64,000 nucleotides of DNA from Acidobacteriota bacterium (GCA_003152355.1 PMAA01000142.1:2003-66002); one strand, 5' to 3'. Positions 10,297 through 18,929 are shown, counted from the first letter of the stretch. Made by a program: numbers and translations. The notes: a model not told the origin generated them from the sequence alone.

Positions 10297-10395
10297 CTGC
10301 ATTCCGCCGCTGACTAACCGATGCATCCATGTTACCAGCGAAATCGGTTCCAGGTGCAAGTGCGCCCCCTCCCGCAGCCGCGCATGACTCTGCAG

Positions 10396-10428
10396 AAATA
10401 AAAAAGCCCGGAGTTGAAAGCTCCGGGC
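10396..10428 (-). terminator. rho-independent terminator closing the peptide/7-TM/1-TM cassette
   Basis: Minus sense reads CCCGGAG-CTTTCAA-CTCCGGG followed by CTTTTTTATTT. Confidence 0.65.
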
Positions 10429-10453
10429 GGGATGATTCGAGCGTGAAGGCGGA

Positions 10454-10867
10454 CTACAGCGAACCAGAAATCTGCTGAGCTAGCAATTCGCGGCTATAAG
10501 AAATTCTGCGATCAAGGGCGACGGCCGCAAAATAAGAGCAACTTTCACGCTCAGTCTCGGCCCAACGCGCCACTACCAGTGACAGCGGACGAAAGGCCTT
10601 ATTCATTGTGTCCAGCATCGCGTAGTACATGCTGACTGCGCGTAACTCCCCGGTGTCGTCGCCGCGGCCCGGGCACAAATGAAGCAATTGAATCAGCCGC
10701 GTGAATTCCTCGCCGCGAACTCTCTGATCCTGAATGCCGGCGACCTCACGCACGCGCTCAGAAAGTTCAGATTTCCGGCTGGCGGCTATTACCGAGCGGC
10801 AGTAGGAAACAAAGAACTGCAGCAGCAGCGCCAGGGAGATCACGAATATTAAGATTGCGATGATCAT
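10454..10867 (-). CDS. hypothetical single-pass membrane protein
   Basis: N-terminal TM (MIIAILIFVISLALLLQFFV) followed by a soluble ~110-aa domain. ATG overlaps the upstream stop (ATGA). No family recognised. Confidence 0.55.
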   Translation of the reverse strand: MIIAILIFVISLALLLQFFVSYCRSVIAASRKSELSERVREVAGIQDQRVRGEEFTRLIQLLHLCPGRGDDTGELRAVSMYYAMLDTMNKAFRPLSLVVARWAETERESCSYFAAVALDRRISYSRELLAQQISGSL

Positions 10868-11568
10868 CGGGCTCTCGCCAAAAGCTGTGCCGTTTCAAGC
10901 CTCTCGCCCTCGGAGACCTTCATGAAGGTGAATGCCCACGCCGCAGGCAGCCAGATCGCCACAACAGGCGGCATCCACTTCAATACGGATAGCTCAAGAC
11001 CGGGGAATAGATTGCGTAGCGCGTACGTCGCGGCCGACGCGCTGAAGAATACGCCCAGCGCAAGGACGAGCTGAATCAAATGCGTGCGCGTTTCGCGCAG
11101 CTTCAGAACCGCCCCCCAGAGTACGTACGTCAGTATGACCCCGACAAAATAAAGGTTCCGGCTCAAGTCTACGGCAAACCGCGTGGTCAAGTGATCCTTA
11201 TGCTGCGCGATGACCATATATGAGAACGCAGCAGTGCCAAAAAGCAGGAAGATCGCTAATGCGCTGATGTACTTGCTCACGTGCATCTCAGAAAACACTT
11301 GTTGGTAGAATTGCATAATGACGAAGAACAACAGGATCGTCAGCAAGCTGTCGGAATAATAATAGAAGTAGTTGTACTCCGCTGATGCAAATCCAAACTT
11401 GTGAAGGCAGTAAAACTCGCCGACCGAGACCAAAGCGGTGAAACCAACATAGAGGTTAAGGGGGAGGTACCTTAGGAAATTTCGTCTCTTGATCGAGCAA
11501 ACCACAACGGCGACTTCTGCGGAGAAGCCTATCAACCAGAGAAGATAATCAATAGGGCCAAGATCCAT
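10864..11568 (-). CDS. hypothetical polytopic (about 7 TM) membrane protein
   Basis: Seven hydrophobic stretches can be read from the translation. GGGGAG SD upstream of the ATG. Locally lower GC. No family recognised. Confidence 0.6.
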   Translation of the reverse strand: MDLGPIDYLLWLIGFSAEVAVVVCSIKRRNFLRYLPLNLYVGFTALVSVGEFYCLHKFGFASAEYNYFYYYSDSLLTILLFFVIMQFYQQVFSEMHVSKYISALAIFLLFGTAAFSYMVIAQHKDHLTTRFAVDLSRNLYFVGVILTYVLWGAVLKLRETRTHLIQLVLALGVFFSASAATYALRNLFPGLELSVLKWMPPVVAIWLPAAWAFTFMKVSEGERLETAQLLARAR

Positions 11569-11632
11569 AAAGCTCCCCTGTTCGAGCCTGGCCCCAGGGT
11601 TGCCCGTTACCTAACCTTCAGCCTCACTAAGT

Positions 11633-11797
11633 TCAGTAAGGTGTGGGTGGTACGGGAGCTGACGTGTGCGCAAAATACGGCGTCGGTGGAACCGGAGCCG
11701 AAGTATGCGCGAACGCCTGATTCGCCACAGCCTTCAACCCCATCGCACCAGTCAGTATCACCAGCGCTAAACCGGCAGCCGCTAACCACTTATTCAC
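11633..11797 (-). CDS. 54-aa exported micro-protein with tandem FAHTSAPVPPTPY repeat
   Basis: GTG at 11797 with GGAGG 5 nt upstream. Signal-like N-terminus ends in AFA. Two 13-codon repeats are identical in protein and differ only at synonymous sites (10/13 codons). The 99-aa track ORF is over-extended. Confidence 0.6.
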   Translation of the reverse strand: MNKWLAAAGLALVILTGAMGLKAVANQAFAHTSAPVPPTPYFAHTSAPVPPTPY

Positions 11798-11828
11798 AGG
11801 ACCCTCCGATTGGGAAACTACGCGGAGG

Positions 11829-11856
11829 AGTCTACTAAGCGGTTGGCTGCCGTCAA
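11829..11856 (-). promoter_or_regulatory. candidate sigma70-type promoter of the micro-protein cassette
   Basis: Minus sense reads TTGACG (11856-11851), 16 nt spacer, TAGACT (11834-11829), about 30 nt upstream of the GTG. A CACAC/GTGTG repeat cluster lies just upstream (11867-11897). Confidence 0.3.
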
Positions 11857-12055
11857 GAGAGAAATTACACACGAGTGTGCCGAAAGAGTACACACCCTTC
11901 CCTCTGGCTGGTGGGCCAGCACTTCGATTCAATTGTCGAGGGGAAGCGTAGAGTTTCAGTCTGAAACGGTCAACGGTACGTTCGTACTACTGTGCTTAGA
12001 AATTAGAGACCGGCTCTTCAGTGCTGCTTCGCGTATTTATGTCCGTGGCGTATTC

Positions 12056-12084
12056 TTGACAGTAAATCGCTCGACCCCTAGCAT
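12056..12084 (+). promoter_or_regulatory. candidate promoter of tRNA-Met
   Basis: TTGACA (12056-12061), 17 nt spacer, TAGCAT (12079-12084; overlapping CATAAT). Ends about 16 nt before the tRNA 5' end. Confidence 0.45.
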
Positions 12085-12100
12085 AATAAGTTTGATTCGT

Positions 12101-12175
12101 GCCGGTGTAGCTCAGAGGTAGAGCGAGGGTCTCATAATCCCTAGGTCGTGGGTTCGAGTCCCACCGCCGGCACCA
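12101..12175 (+). tRNA. tRNA-Met (anticodon CAT), elongator type; Ile2 (lysidine) identity not excluded
   Basis: Cloverleaf folded by hand: acceptor GCCGGTG/CGCCGGC, D arm GCTC..GAGC, anticodon loop CTCATAA, T arm GTGGG-TTCGAGT-CCCAC, and an encoded CCA. Positions 1-72 are paired, so it is not an initiator. Confidence 0.9.
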
Positions 12176-12356
12176 TCCATTCTACTGTTCACTTTCGGCA
12201 GGAATCTCAATTCAAAATCTGCATTTAGAAGCGGCGAGTGTAATTGACTTCGCCTCATCAATCACATCTGCGCACACGCCGGACGATCTGGCATACAATG
12301 CGTCGCGTCAAACGTCTAAGCCAAGCATGGTGGATGAATTTCAAGGAGTTCTTCGA

Positions 12357-13934
12357 ATGAGAAAGTCTCTCGCTTGTGCCGCCGCGGCTATTTTGATTTT
12401 TTCTTGCGCCTTTTCCACAACCGTTCGAGCGCAAGAACCGGCCAAAGACACGAAGCCTGCGGATTCGAAGTCCGCAACCGAGCCGCCCGCTCCGCCACCA
12501 AAAGAAGAATCCTCGGTCACCGATCACACAATCAAGATCGGAGGCCAGACGATTCCTTATAAAGCTACGGCGAGCACGACGTTGCTCAAAAACGACCAGA
12601 GCGAACCGACTGCGCTGATTTTCTCAATTGCCTACACGCGCGGTGACGTCAAGGATCCCAGCCAGCGCCCAATTGCTTTTGTGTACAACGGCGGCCCGGG
12701 TTCTTCGTCGATCTGGCTGCACATGGGCGCGTTCGGACCGCGGCGTGTGGTCACGGCCAATGCCGAGCCTACGGCGCCTGCGCCATATTCCGTCACGGAC
12801 AACGCAGATTGCCTGCTGGACAAAACCGATCTAGTTTTCATCGACCCTGTCGGCACGGGCTTCAGCCACGCGGTGGGCAAGGCCAAGGACAAGGATTTCT
12901 GGGGCGTTGATGAGGATGCAAAATCCCTCGCGCAGTTCATTAGTACGTACGTAAGCCGCAACAATCGCTGGAACTCATCGAAGTTCCTCATCGGCGAGAG
13001 CTACGGGACGTTCCGCTCGGCGGCGCTTGGGAATTATCTCCAATCGCACGACAACATGGACCTCAACGGAATTGTTCTGATGTCATCAGTGCTTGACCTC
13101 GGCACCATTTCGTTCAATCCCGGCGAAGATATGACGTACGTCTACTACCTTCCGAGCTATGCTGCGACGGCGTGGTATCACAAATCGCTGAGCAACCGGC
13201 CGGACGACTTGAGCGCGTTTCTTGCGGAAGTGCGAAAGTACGCGGCGTCGGACTATGTGGCCGCATTGATGAAAGGATCGTACCTTTCGGCGGCGGAAAA
13301 ATCGGATGTGGCGAAAAAGCTTTCTCAATATACAGGGCTGAGCGAAGAATATTTGATCAAGGCCAATCTCCGCGTGAAGCTCCCCCAATTCATGATCGAG
13401 TTGCAAAGGAGCAAGGGATTGACGACTGGCCGGCTCGACGCCCGTTTCACAGGCCCCACCTATGACCTGCTCGGCGAGTATGCGAACGATGATCCCCAAT
13501 CCACTGCCGTCAGCGGAGCCTTCACGGCAGTTTTCAATGCCTACGTCCGCGAAGACTTGAAATTCGGCCAGGATAAGTCATACGAAGTTTTGAGCGAACA
13601 GGCCAACGAAGAGTGGAATTGGAAGCATGCGACGGGCAGAAATTTCGGCTTTCCCGGCTCGCCGAATGTTGAAGGAGACCTGATCCAGGCGATGATTTCG
13701 AACCCACATCTCCGAGTCGAGGTTGAGAACGGTTTTTTTGATCTCGCCACGCCGTTTTTTGCGACCGAGCATACGATGGATCATCTCGGCCTTCCTGCTG
13801 ACATACAGAGCCACATCGAGCTCAAGTATTACGATGCAGGCCACATGATGTACTTGAAAGATGCCGACCTCACGACGCTCAAGAACAACATCGCCAGCTT
13901 CATCGATCGTACGTCAAAGCCCCAGCCGAACTAA
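12357..13934 (+). CDS. S10 family serine carboxypeptidase, secreted
   Basis: NGGPGSSS and catalytic GESYG motifs. ATG 12357 with AAGGAG 8 nt upstream and the signal peptide MRKSLACAAAAILIFSCAF. Confidence 0.85.
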   Translation: MRKSLACAAAAILIFSCAFSTTVRAQEPAKDTKPADSKSATEPPAPPPKEESSVTDHTIKIGGQTIPYKATASTTLLKNDQSEPTALIFSIAYTRGDVKDPSQRPIAFVYNGGPGSSSIWLHMGAFGPRRVVTANAEPTAPAPYSVTDNADCLLDKTDLVFIDPVGTGFSHAVGKAKDKDFWGVDEDAKSLAQFISTYVSRNNRWNSSKFLIGESYGTFRSAALGNYLQSHDNMDLNGIVLMSSVLDLGTISFNPGEDMTYVYYLPSYAATAWYHKSLSNRPDDLSAFLAEVRKYAASDYVAALMKGSYLSAAEKSDVAKKLSQYTGLSEEYLIKANLRVKLPQFMIELQRSKGLTTGRLDARFTGPTYDLLGEYANDDPQSTAVSGAFTAVFNAYVREDLKFGQDKSYEVLSEQANEEWNWKHATGRNFGFPGSPNVEGDLIQAMISNPHLRVEVENGFFDLATPFFATEHTMDHLGLPADIQSHIELKYYDAGHMMYLKDADLTTLKNNIASFIDRTSKPQPN

Positions 13935-14095
13935 CGATGCCGATTCGAGTGATGTTGGCCTCCGCGCCGGTTCGGGCAATCTCTTTCGAACGTACACCAC
14001 TGGCGCAACGGCGCGCAGATCTGCGAACGATTGACGCGCGGTGCCCGCATCGTTGACGATGGCCCGCCTCGCTCAATGCATCTCGTAGACACCGC

Positions 14096-15010
14096 GTGAC
14101 GGCCGAGACGCTCATCATCGTGAACCCTGTTGCAGGCGGCGGACGCGCCGGCCGCATGCAACCCACCGTCGCGCGTTACTTCTCTGACCACGCATGTTCA
14201 GTAGATTTCACATCGTCGAAAAGTACGGATGATTTTCGCAAAATCGCGACGGAGGCCGTCGCGAGCGGTTATCGCTACGTCATCGCTCTCGGAGGCGACG
14301 GTACATTTCACCACCTCGTCGAAGCCGCGTTCGGCTCCTCCGTGATCCTCGGGTTTCTGCCGGCGGGGAACGGCAACGACATAGCGGAAGGCCTGGATAT
14401 ACCGCGCGATCTCGTCGAGGCGGCGCATGCATTTCTGCAAGGACATCCGCGAGCGATTGACGTGGTTCGCGTGAATTTCATCGCGGAAGGTGCAACATCA
14501 CGCACGGCAATTTTCATCGGTGCGGGCGGCCTGGGCCTCGACGCGGAAGCAGCGCAGCTTGCGAACACGCGGTTCCACGCTTGGCCCGGAGTGACGCGCT
14601 ATATTGCGGGCGCTCTGTGGGCACGGCAAAAGTTTCAGAGCATCGAGCTGGACGCGACGATGGACGGCGAGTCCTGGGGCGGCCGCGTGCTTTTTGCCGC
14701 CGTCGCCAACGCGCCCTCCTATGGATCGGGCGTCAGAATCGCGCCCTCGGCGAAAATGGATGATGGCTGGCTGGAAGTGACGCTGGTGCAGGAAATGCCG
14801 CTTACGCGATTGCTGGAAGCGATACCCATCGTTCTGCGCTCAGGCGATATTCGGTGGCCCGAATTGCGCCGCTACCGCTGCCGCCGCGTGAGTTTCAAAA
14901 CCGATCGCCCGGCGCTTGTTCACGGTGACGGAGAAATTCTTGGCGACTCGCCGGTGGAGTTTGAGATCGTACCGCGAGCCGTGCAGGTCATGCTGACGCG
15001 AACAACGTAA
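14096..15010 (+). CDS. diacylglycerol/lipid kinase family protein (YegS/BmrU-like)
   Basis: IIVNPVAGGG and ALGGDGT motifs of the DAGK catalytic domain. GTG start. Confidence 0.85.
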   Translation: MTAETLIIVNPVAGGGRAGRMQPTVARYFSDHACSVDFTSSKSTDDFRKIATEAVASGYRYVIALGGDGTFHHLVEAAFGSSVILGFLPAGNGNDIAEGLDIPRDLVEAAHAFLQGHPRAIDVVRVNFIAEGATSRTAIFIGAGGLGLDAEAAQLANTRFHAWPGVTRYIAGALWARQKFQSIELDATMDGESWGGRVLFAAVANAPSYGSGVRIAPSAKMDDGWLEVTLVQEMPLTRLLEAIPIVLRSGDIRWPELRRYRCRRVSFKTDRPALVHGDGEILGDSPVEFEIVPRAVQVMLTRTT

Positions 15011-15027
15011 TTACGCTTGAAGCTTCT

Positions 15028-15411
15028 CTAGCTGGATCTCTTCTTGTCGAGTTTCAGAACGACCTCGATATCCTTGCGGCTGTCGAAGCTCGATATGGAA
15101 TGTGTTGCAGAAGACAAGTCATCGTGTTCCGCGTGAATCTCGTAGTCCATATTTGGGTCAAGTCCACTGAAGCGGTAGACACCGGAACCATCCGCAATGT
15201 GCGTCTTCACGTCCTGCGTCCGGAGATTTTTCAGGTAGACGACGCTATCCGCGACCGGATTCTGCTGCGCGTCGAGCACCGACCCGTGCACCGTACGCAG
15301 TTGCGCCTCTTTCTTCTTTTCCTGTTTGTCCTGCGAGCTTCCGGTGAGCGCAATCCCAAGAGCCAGAATTATCGCGAGGGCGTTAACAACGGTGCGGCGG
15401 CACAACTTCAC
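15028..15411 (-). CDS. small secreted carboxypeptidase-regulatory-like (CarboxypepD_reg) domain protein
   Basis: VHGSVLDAQQNPVADSVVYLKN...SGVYRFSGLDP beta-sandwich pattern. GTG at 15411 with GGAGG upstream and a signal anchor. The N-terminal 96 aa of the track ORF are antisense to a poly-Glu tract, hence an artefact. Confidence 0.6.
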   Translation of the reverse strand: MKLCRRTVVNALAIILALGIALTGSSQDKQEKKKEAQLRTVHGSVLDAQQNPVADSVVYLKNLRTQDVKTHIADGSGVYRFSGLDPNMDYEIHAEHDDLSSATHSISSFDSRKDIEVVLKLDKKRSS

Positions 15412-15535
15412 AATTCCTCCGTTCGGGTTCGGCAAAGTCCATCCTCGAGGAAATTGAGACGGGCGCAGAGCGCGCCGTCCAATGGATGAACCGGTTGGAG
15501 AAAGTTGAGGAACCGGCAGGCGAGGCTCGAGGGTG

Positions 15536-15784
15536 TTACTCCACTCCGTCTTCTTCGATCGCTTCGCCGTGGTCCCCGTTTTCCTCTTCCTCAACAACTT
15601 TGTCGTCCTCTTCTTCTTCCTCTTCTTCTTCGTCTTCTTCTTCGGAGAGCACGATGACGTGGACGGGATGCACCTGAGTGACCTCAAGCTCGACGTCACA
15701 TTCCGGGCAGCTCAAGATTTCACCTTCTTCTACTTCGTCTTCGTCGACATCGATCTCCGTGTCACAATCCGGACATCTCACCAC
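15536..15784 (-). CDS. LysW-like zinc-ribbon protein with long polyacidic tail (candidate amino-group carrier protein)
   Basis: GTG at 15784 with AGGAGG 8 nt upstream. CPDC-x14-CPEC ribbon and GEILSCPECDVELEV, which resembles Thermus LysW GELVVCEDCGAELEV. The Glu/Asp-rich tail ends in ...EEDGVE. Confidence 0.6.
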   Translation of the reverse strand: MVRCPDCDTEIDVDEDEVEEGEILSCPECDVELEVTQVHPVHVIVLSEEEDEEEEEEEEDDKVVEEEENGDHGEAIEEDGVE

Positions 15785-15868
15785 AGGAAGGGCCTCCTTG
15801 CGCGGTGCTTCTCGAACCCACGGGCGTATTATATAACGCACCTGTCAAGCATTTCTCAATCGGAGCGT

Positions 15869-16339
15869 GTGGAGTTGTCGCCGAAGCGTGAATACCCGGA
15901 TCGGCCTGTCGTCGGCGTTGGCGGGGTTGTGATCCACAACAGCTGCGTTCTCTTGATTCGCCGAGGCAGTCCGCCGCTTCATGGAGAATGGTCCATCCCC
16001 GGCGGAACGCTTGAGCTTGGCGAATCAATTTTGGAAGGAATTCGGCGTGAACTGCAGGAGGAAACGGGGATCGAGGTCCGCGTGCTCGGACTGATCGAAG
16101 TTTTCGACCGAATTTTCCGCGATTCTGCCGGCCGCATTCAATACCACTTCGTGATTGTTGATCACCTCTGCGAATTAATTAGCGGAAGCGCACGTGCGGC
16201 CAGCGACGTTTCCGATACGGCGTGGGTTCGCGAAGATGAACTGGGGAAATACTCGCTCACGGAAGTGGCCACGCGCGTTGTCCGAAAGGCATTCGCGATG
16301 GCGGCGTCGTTCGACTCAGCAAAACCTCCGATGGGCTGA
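15869..16339 (+). CDS. NUDIX hydrolase
   Basis: Nudix box GGTLELGESILEGIRRELQEETGI. Start set to in-frame GTG 15869; the upstream part of the track ORF is antisense to the acidic tract. Confidence 0.8.
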   Translation: MELSPKREYPDRPVVGVGGVVIHNSCVLLIRRGSPPLHGEWSIPGGTLELGESILEGIRRELQEETGIEVRVLGLIEVFDRIFRDSAGRIQYHFVIVDHLCELISGSARAASDVSDTAWVREDELGKYSLTEVATRVVRKAFAMAASFDSAKPPMG

Positions 16340-16346
16340 AACTCCA

Positions 16347-17096
16347 TTAAGCGGGAAGCGCCAGAAATACGTGCTTATGGAAGACGCTGTTCTCGTCGCC
16401 GATAAGGACTTTGCCAATCCATCCCGGCTGCGTCGGACTCTCGATCAACAAACGCAAGTTTCGCGCGTCGCGGGGGACGTCGAACGCGACTCGCGTATGG
16501 TAAGATTCGCCCGGTCGCAGTTGTTGCGTCATCGGAACGCCCGACTCTCCAATGACCTCAAGGATTCGGCCCCCGGCGAAGGATGGTGAGTACGCACGCC
16601 CAGCGCCATCCACGAGCAATATGGCGCGCGGCGATGGTTCGAGCGGAGAATCGCCTCGACTTGGCGAGATCGTCTTCTCGTCGAATCGCGTTCGCACCGT
16701 GACGACGTAGAATATTCCTCTGGCTGCAGTCGTATCTGCACTGGCCCCAACCAGTAGCAACTTCTTCACGCCTATAACCGCATATGCGATGTGGCAGTCA
16801 ATCTCGCAGAAATATTTCTCCTGGCCGGGCGCCAGCGTCCACTCTCTGCTTCCGATAGAGGTCCCAAAAAGCAAGGCTGAGTAGCCAGCGATGAGCATGA
16901 GCGCCACGACAAGAATCTTGCGCGTCAGGCCAACCCCGCCGATAAGCCAGTTGGCGATTGCGTTGCTCCATCGCTCGAGCCGCGGCTCACCTAGAATTTT
17001 CAACCCGCCTATGACGACAGCGCTTACGAAAAGCAGCGCAACAGTGGTGAGAAACGCGAGCGCGCTGAAAGCCGCAAAGCCTTGTTTCAACTCCAT
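16347..17096 (-). CDS. hypothetical membrane protein (2 TM plus extracytoplasmic beta-rich domain)
   Basis: ATG with AGAGGAG upstream. Two N-terminal TM segments. No confident family. Confidence 0.6.
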   Translation of the reverse strand: MELKQGFAAFSALAFLTTVALLFVSAVVIGGLKILGEPRLERWSNAIANWLIGGVGLTRKILVVALMLIAGYSALLFGTSIGSREWTLAPGQEKYFCEIDCHIAYAVIGVKKLLLVGASADTTAARGIFYVVTVRTRFDEKTISPSRGDSPLEPSPRAILLVDGAGRAYSPSFAGGRILEVIGESGVPMTQQLRPGESYHTRVAFDVPRDARNLRLLIESPTQPGWIGKVLIGDENSVFHKHVFLALPA

Positions 17097-17116
17097 TTCA
17101 AGCTCCTCTCGGCCGT

Positions 17117-17869
17117 TTAATCGCCCGCGGCGGCTGCGGGCAGTCCGCCGAAGCGGCGTTCGCGTGACGCGAAATCATGGAGCGCGGCCTCCAAATCCTT
17201 CGCGCCGAAGTCCGGCCACAATTTCGACGTGAAGACCATCTCGGCGTACGCGCACTCCCAAAGCAAGAAATCGCTTAAGCGATTTTCTCCGCCGGTGCGA
17301 ATCAAGAGATCCACATCCGCGCTCGGCCGTCCCCCGTGCGTAACTTCGCCAAGCCGCCGCGCGAATTCCTTCTGAGAAACTTCGAGGCTCGATAGCATCC
17401 AACATGCGGCGCGCAGAATCGCGTCCCGTCCGGAATAGTCAATCGCGATGCGCAATTCAATCGTTCGCGCGGAAGCCGTTGCCCGTTCGGCGAATTGAAT
17501 CGCGGATGCGAGAGACGGCGGAATGCGGTCGCGCCGGCCGATCACGCGGATTTGGACGCCATGCTCCGCGCAGGCCCGCGATTCGTGGAGCAGATATTCT
17601 TCGAACAACGCGAGTAGCGCGGCGATTTCTGGCCCCGGGCGCCGCCAGTTGTCGCTGGATAGCGCAAATACCGTCAGAGTCCCAACGCCGAGTTCCGGCG
17701 CCGCAGCGACCACGCGCCTGACGGCATCTACCCCGGCACGATGTCCCTCCGAGCGCAGGAGCCCGCGCGCGGCAGCCCAGCGTCCGTTGCCGTCCATGAC
17801 GATCGCCACGTGAAGGCCAGGCGCGCCTGTCTGCATCAAAGTACTTTCAGGTGCAAAGTGAATGGTCAA
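17117..17869 (-). CDS. uppS: isoprenyl transferase / undecaprenyl-diphosphate synthase
   Basis: [13 protein letters not shown] and [15 protein letters not shown] motifs. TTG 17869 has AAGGAA upstream; ATG 17836 is an alternative. Confidence 0.9.
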   Translation of the reverse strand: MTIHFAPESTLMQTGAPGLHVAIVMDGNGRWAAARGLLRSEGHRAGVDAVRRVVAAAPELGVGTLTVFALSSDNWRRPGPEIAALLALFEEYLLHESRACAEHGVQIRVIGRRDRIPPSLASAIQFAERATASARTIELRIAIDYSGRDAILRAACWMLSSLEVSQKEFARRLGEVTHGGRPSADVDLLIRTGGENRLSDFLLWECAYAEMVFTSKLWPDFGAKDLEAALHDFASRERRFGGLPAAAAGD

Positions 17870-17883
17870 AAAAATTTCCTTTC

Positions 17884-18291
17884 TCAGGCCTCGCGGGTCG
17901 CGCGAATCAGTGCTTCCATGTGATCCAGATAGCGCTCGAGAGCGCGCCGGCCGCTTGCCGTCAGGCGGTACTCTGTTTTTGGAACTCGATCGGAAAATGA
18001 TTTCGTGCAGGCGATGTGGCCCGCATCCTCGAGCTTGCGCGCATGTACACTCAGATTCCCATCGCTCGCGCCGAGCAATTGCTTCAGTTCGGTGAACGAA
18101 AGCGATGGATTCACGGCAAGAGCGCTGACAATGGCGAGTCTCGTGCGTTCGTGAATCAGGCGGTCAAGCTGCGTTGCGGAGATTTCGGAAGCCGGCGCGG
18201 CGGCATGTGCCTTAGAGGCGGCGTTGCCTCGCCGCCCGCCCGCAACTCGGTCGTCTCGCTCCGCACGTGCAGCACTCGTCTTATCCGCCAT
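17884..18291 (-). CDS. winged-helix transcriptional regulator (ArsR/HTH_34-like)
   Basis: [15 protein letters not shown]...[30 protein letters not shown]...KTEYRLT wHTH pattern. ATG 18291 with GAGGA upstream. Confidence 0.75.
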   Translation of the reverse strand: MADKTSAARAERDDRVAGGRRGNAASKAHAAAPASEISATQLDRLIHERTRLAIVSALAVNPSLSFTELKQLLGASDGNLSVHARKLEDAGHIACTKSFSDRVPKTEYRLTASGRRALERYLDHMEALIRATREA

Positions 18292-18895
18292 AATTCCTCG
18301 CAATTACCGCACCGAAGATGATGTGCAGGCCGCCGAATCCTGCCGCCAGCAACGCATTTCCCCACGTCGCGGGACAAAAAAGCGCGACCGTCCCGAGCAC
18401 CATGAAGCAAAGCCCCATAAGCGGGACGATTCGGATCGAAAATGCTCCGCCCGTCACGACGCCGGTGCCATAAAGCAGCAGCCAGACGCCAGGAATCGCG
18501 CCAAAGAATCCGGCGTGAAACAGAATGACGGTCAGCAGCGCTCCAGTAAACATTGGCGGCGCAAAACTGAGCGCGAATTTACGGCCCGGTCCCGCGAGAA
18601 GAGGGACATTAGCCTGCCGCGCCTTCGAGGTCACGCTCCATCCCGCGATCGCAAACGCAACCGAGGCTTCAGAGAGCCACGTGAACAGCCACGCCGATGC
18701 GGTTTGCTGTCGCGATGCAACAACGGCGGCGCCGGCAGCGGTAATGCCCATGGCCACGCCACCCCAGCCGGGAACGGCCGTGAACGAGGACGCGCGCTCC
18801 ATCGTCTCGCGGATGAAGCGCAGGTTGTCTCGCGCGCGGTCATCGAGAGCAACGGGCCTGGTGGAACCGGAATCGCGGGGATTTGCCTGTAACAT
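18281..18895 (-). CDS. hypothetical polytopic membrane protein co-transcribed with the wHTH regulator
   Basis: Five to six hydrophobic segments. ATG 18895. 11-nt overlap with the regulator gene. Confidence 0.6.
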   Translation of the reverse strand: MLQANPRDSGSTRPVALDDRARDNLRFIRETMERASSFTAVPGWGGVAMGITAAGAAVVASRQQTASAWLFTWLSEASVAFAIAGWSVTSKARQANVPLLAGPGRKFALSFAPPMFTGALLTVILFHAGFFGAIPGVWLLLYGTGVVTGGAFSIRIVPLMGLCFMVLGTVALFCPATWGNALLAAGFGGLHIIFGAVIARNYGG

Positions 18896-18901
18896 CAATA
18901 A

Positions 18902-18929
18902 AGAATAGCGCGAAACCGAAGGCTGTCAA
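18902..18929 (-). promoter_or_regulatory. candidate promoter giving a leaderless transcript of the membrane-protein/regulator operon
   Basis: Minus sense reads TTGACA (18929-18924), 16 nt spacer, TATTCT (18907-18902). The ATG at 18895 sits at the 7th nt after the -10 hexamer and has no SD. Confidence 0.4.

Noticed and set aside
11810-12121. 103-aa plus-strand ORF running into the tRNA gene, and the 99-aa version of the minus-strand ORF (11633-11932)
   Set aside because: The plus ORF overlaps the tRNA and its promoter and has no SD. The minus ORF is real only from GTG 11797, where there is an SD and a signal peptide; its upstream 45 codons cover the candidate promoter.
12101-12175. Initiator tRNA-fMet identity, or a genomic-island attachment site at the tRNA
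   Set aside because: Positions 1-72 form a normal G-C pair, so it is not an initiator. No integrase, direct repeat of the tRNA 3' end or other att-like duplication was seen on either side. The lower-GC cassette lies on the 5' side.
15412-15868. N-terminal extensions of track ORFs 15028-15699 (poly-Lys/Thr) and 15533-16339 (poly-Phe/Ser/Leu)
   Set aside because: Both are alternative-frame or antisense readings of the GAA/GAG-rich tract that encodes the acidic tail of the LysW-like protein. The real starts, with SD motifs, are at 15411 and about 15869.
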